Source of the DNA: Magnetovibrionaceae bacterium
GTDB taxonomy: Bacteria > Pseudomonadota > Alphaproteobacteria > Rhodospirillales > JBMYSY01
Assembly (NCBI GenBank): GCA_049603795.1
Contig: JBMYSY010000015.1
Coordinates: 47,531 to 111,530 of the forward strand
Direction of reading: 5' to 3'
Length of the DNA: 64,000 bases
Shown: one piece after another, positions 62,433 through 64,000 of the stretch
How the letters are laid out: each line of letters begins with the position of its first letter
How positions within the stretch are numbered: the first letter of the stretch is position 1
Notes under the pieces: model-generated
What the model was told of the DNA's origin: nothing
The model's input: the letters and a program-made list of their open reading frames with translations, nothing else
Database searches by the model: none
Program-made: the position numbers and the translations under genes

Positions 62433-62486
62433 TGAAGGGGCAGGCGCGCGTGATGGGGCAGGCGCGCGTGAAGGGCCAGGCGCAGG
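62433..62486. repeat. Three tandem copies of an 18-nt GC-rich unit in the LOG / HD-gene intergenic region
   Basis: The copies are TGAAGGGGCAGGCGCGCG (62433-50), TGATGGGGCAGGCGCGCG (62451-68) and TGAAGGGCCAGGCGCAGG (62469-86). They have 17/18 and 15/18 identity to copy 1. They start 11 nt downstream (minus-strand sense) of the LOG stop codon. Confidence 0.85.
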
Positions 62487-62496
62487 GACCGCAGGC

Positions 62497-63081
62497 TCAA
62501 AGGTGGCTGGTCAGCACACGGTCATCGACTTCCGGTGCATTGGCGAGCGCCTCGAAAAGGCCATCCACACTACTGGCAACCGAATAGAGGTCTTGGACCG
62601 AGGGATGGGCGAATCCACCCGCCACCGTTTCTTCGACAAGGCGGGTCAGGCCGCTCCAATAGCCGCCGAAATCGGCGATCACAATCGGTTTGTCGTGCAG
62701 GCGCAATTGCTTCCAGGTGATGATTTCGAAGGTCTCGTCCAGTGTCCCGAGACCGCCCGGCAGGGCGACGAAGCCATCGGCGAGCTCTGCCATCCGGGCT
62801 TTTCGGGTGTGCATGGAATCGACCACTTCCAGCGTGGTGCAGCCGGGATCGCCGACTTCCAGGCGCATGAGGAACTCCGGGATAACGCCTGTCACCTCGC
62901 CTCCGGCATCCAGGACCGAGTGGGCTATTTCCCCCATCAGGCCGATGCCGCCGCCGCCATAGATCAGGCGAATGCCTCTTCGGGCCATCTCCTGGCCCAA
63001 AGCCCTGGCTTGGTCCATATGAGCCGGGTCGGCTCCTTTACGCGAGCCGCAAAACACAGCCAAAGCGCTGATCTCGGTCAT
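62497..63081 (-). CDS. LOG-family protein (TIGR00730; cytokinin riboside 5'-monophosphate phosphoribohydrolase-like)
   Basis: The track ORF extends to 63198, but the family-typical N-terminus starts at the internal ATG at 63081-63079 (MTEISALAVFCGSRKG...). Motifs: GGGGIGLMG, LPGGLGTLDETFE, TWKQL.LH.KPIV. The 39 upstream codons have no family-like sequence. Confidence 0.85.
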   Translation of the reverse strand: MTEISALAVFCGSRKGADPAHMDQARALGQEMARRGIRLIYGGGGIGLMGEIAHSVLDAGGEVTGVIPEFLMRLEVGDPGCTTLEVVDSMHTRKARMAELADGFVALPGGLGTLDETFEIITWKQLRLHDKPIVIADFGGYWSGLTRLVEETVAGGFAHPSVQDLYSVASSVDGLFEALANAPEVDDRVLTSHL

Positions 63082-63244
63082 GAGTGATCCTCTATGGAGA
63101 AAGCGGCCCCGTTTGGGGTCGGCGGAAAACCATAATGCCGGCCGAAAAATTTCGCCAAGGGTTTTTAGAGAGTTTTCATTGCGGTCCCATGACCGCACTT
63201 CTATACCGGTATATCAGTAGCTTCCGTCTTGAGTCGGGCAGGTC

Positions 63245-64000
63245 ATGGCCGAAACGTCGTCCAGTCGATTGTTTGCCATCGCAGGGATTGGTCTTGCGAT
63301 CATCCTTGTTGCCATCGGCTTGAATTTTTTTCTGGATCTGGATGACGGCTCAGAGGACGAGCCGGGACCGGTGGCTCAGTCCGCTTCTGATTCCGGTGGA
63401 GGGCAGGGGGCGGTCTTGGAAGGCCCCGATGCAACCCGGCCGGACCCGCTGCAGCCCAGTTTTGATGTGGTTCGCGTCAATCCGAAGGGCGATGCCGTCA
63501 TAGCAGGCCGGGCGGAGCCGGGCAGCACCGTGATCATTCTGGACGGGGAAAACGAACTGGGTCGGGCCACGGCCGATGACCGCGGCGAATGGGTTTTCAT
63601 TCCCGAAATCCAGCTTGAACCGGGCGAGCGCCAGCTCAGCTTACGAACCGAGGCCCCGGCGGGCGAGGAGCCGCGTGAATCCGAGGCGGCGCTGATCCTT
63701 GTGGTTCCGGATCCACAAAACGGGGACGGGGCGGCGCAACCGGTTCTGGCCCTGAAAGTGCCGAAAAGCGGCGAAGGTGCCCCCCAGCTGATGCAGGGGC
63801 CGGTTGTGCGGGATCCCTCGGTCGAACTTGGGATCAACGTTGTCGACTATGGCATTAACGGGGAACTTTACGTCAGCGGTCACGCACCGCCGAACAGCGA
63901 CATTCGGCTGTACCTGGACAACAACCTCATTGGCCAAGTCATCGCCGGAGAAACCGGTGATTGGTCCGTCAGTCCGTCGGAACCGATCCAGCCCGGACTT
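63245..64000 (+). CDS. 3'-partial membrane-anchored envelope protein with Ig-like repeat modules (resembles the N-terminal part of alphaproteobacterial LysM-domain proteins)
   Basis: This ORF is absent from the track because it has no stop. ATG at 63245 opens a frame that stays open for 252 codons to the window end. MAETSSSRLFAIAGIGLAIILVAIGLNFF is an N-terminal TM anchor. It is followed by two similar modules: FDVVRVNPKGDAVIAGRAEPGSTVIILDGENELGRATADDRGEWVF and INVVDYGINGELYVSGHAPPNSDIRLYLDNNLIGQVIAGETGDWSV. The functional assignment is tentative. Confidence 0.55.
   Translation, partial: MAETSSSRLFAIAGIGLAIILVAIGLNFFLDLDDGSEDEPGPVAQSASDSGGGQGAVLEGPDATRPDPLQPSFDVVRVNPKGDAVIAGRAEPGSTVIILDGENELGRATADDRGEWVFIPEIQLEPGERQLSLRTEAPAGEEPRESEAALILVVPDPQNGDGAAQPVLALKVPKSGEGAPQLMQGPVVRDPSVELGINVVDYGINGELYVSGHAPPNSDIRLYLDNNLIGQVIAGETGDWSVSPSEPIQPGL

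Noticed and set aside
61692-63087. Plus-strand ORFs 61692-62294 (200 aa) and 62413-63087 (224 aa, beginning MRLKVIREGAGARDGAGAREGPGAG).
   Set aside because: They are antisense to the HD-domain and LOG genes. The EGAGAR/DGAGAR repeat is simply the 18-nt intergenic tandem repeat read in frame.
63082-63198. An N-terminal 39-codon extension of the LOG-family ORF as given in the track (start at 63198).
   Set aside because: The extension (MRSWDRNENSLKTLGEIFRPALWFSADPKRGRFLHRGSL) has no counterpart in the family as I know it. The internal ATG at 63081 gives the canonical N-terminus, so I trimmed the call.

Overview
GC-rich bacterial chromosomal window (over 60% by eye; the gene content suggests an alphaproteobacterium, which is an inference). 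About 79% of it (nt 1-50444, + strand) is a single uninterrupted ORF of more than 16,805 codons that is still open at the 5' window edge. It encodes a giant modular protein that looks like an RTX / type I secretion (T1SS) adhesin. Architecture read by hand from the translation, with boundaries good to about +/-30 nt: (1) an Ala-rich, probably helical region; (2) 6 cadherin-like units; (3) RTX block I; (4) 2x[LamG - 'FDGG' module - 7-bladed propeller-like - 'FDGG' module]; (5) further FDGG modules, two carrying nested Laminin-B (domain IV)-like inserts; (6) 2x[LamG-LamG-Cad-Cad]; (7) three different beta-solenoid repeat cassettes, about 4,000 aa in total, each with its own N- and C-cap; (8) RTX block II; (9) 15 LamG-like domains interspersed with cadherin-like units; (10) 7 FG-GAP repeats; (11) RTX nonapeptides and a C-terminal secretion-signal domain. 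Downstream genes are: a TIGR03032/DUF4915-like gene 29 nt after the giant stop; a double-CHASE3 chemoreceptor plus CheW; a convergent PAS histidine kinase translationally coupled to an exported histidine-phosphatase-family protein; two non-homologous NADP-isocitrate dehydrogenases in tandem; a PhnZ-like HD protein; a LOG-family protein; and a 3'-partial envelope protein. I saw no rRNA, tRNA, CRISPR array, transposase or integrase, and no T1SS ABC/MFP/TolC genes. The giant gene and its unusual module content are the main candidate for something undescribed.
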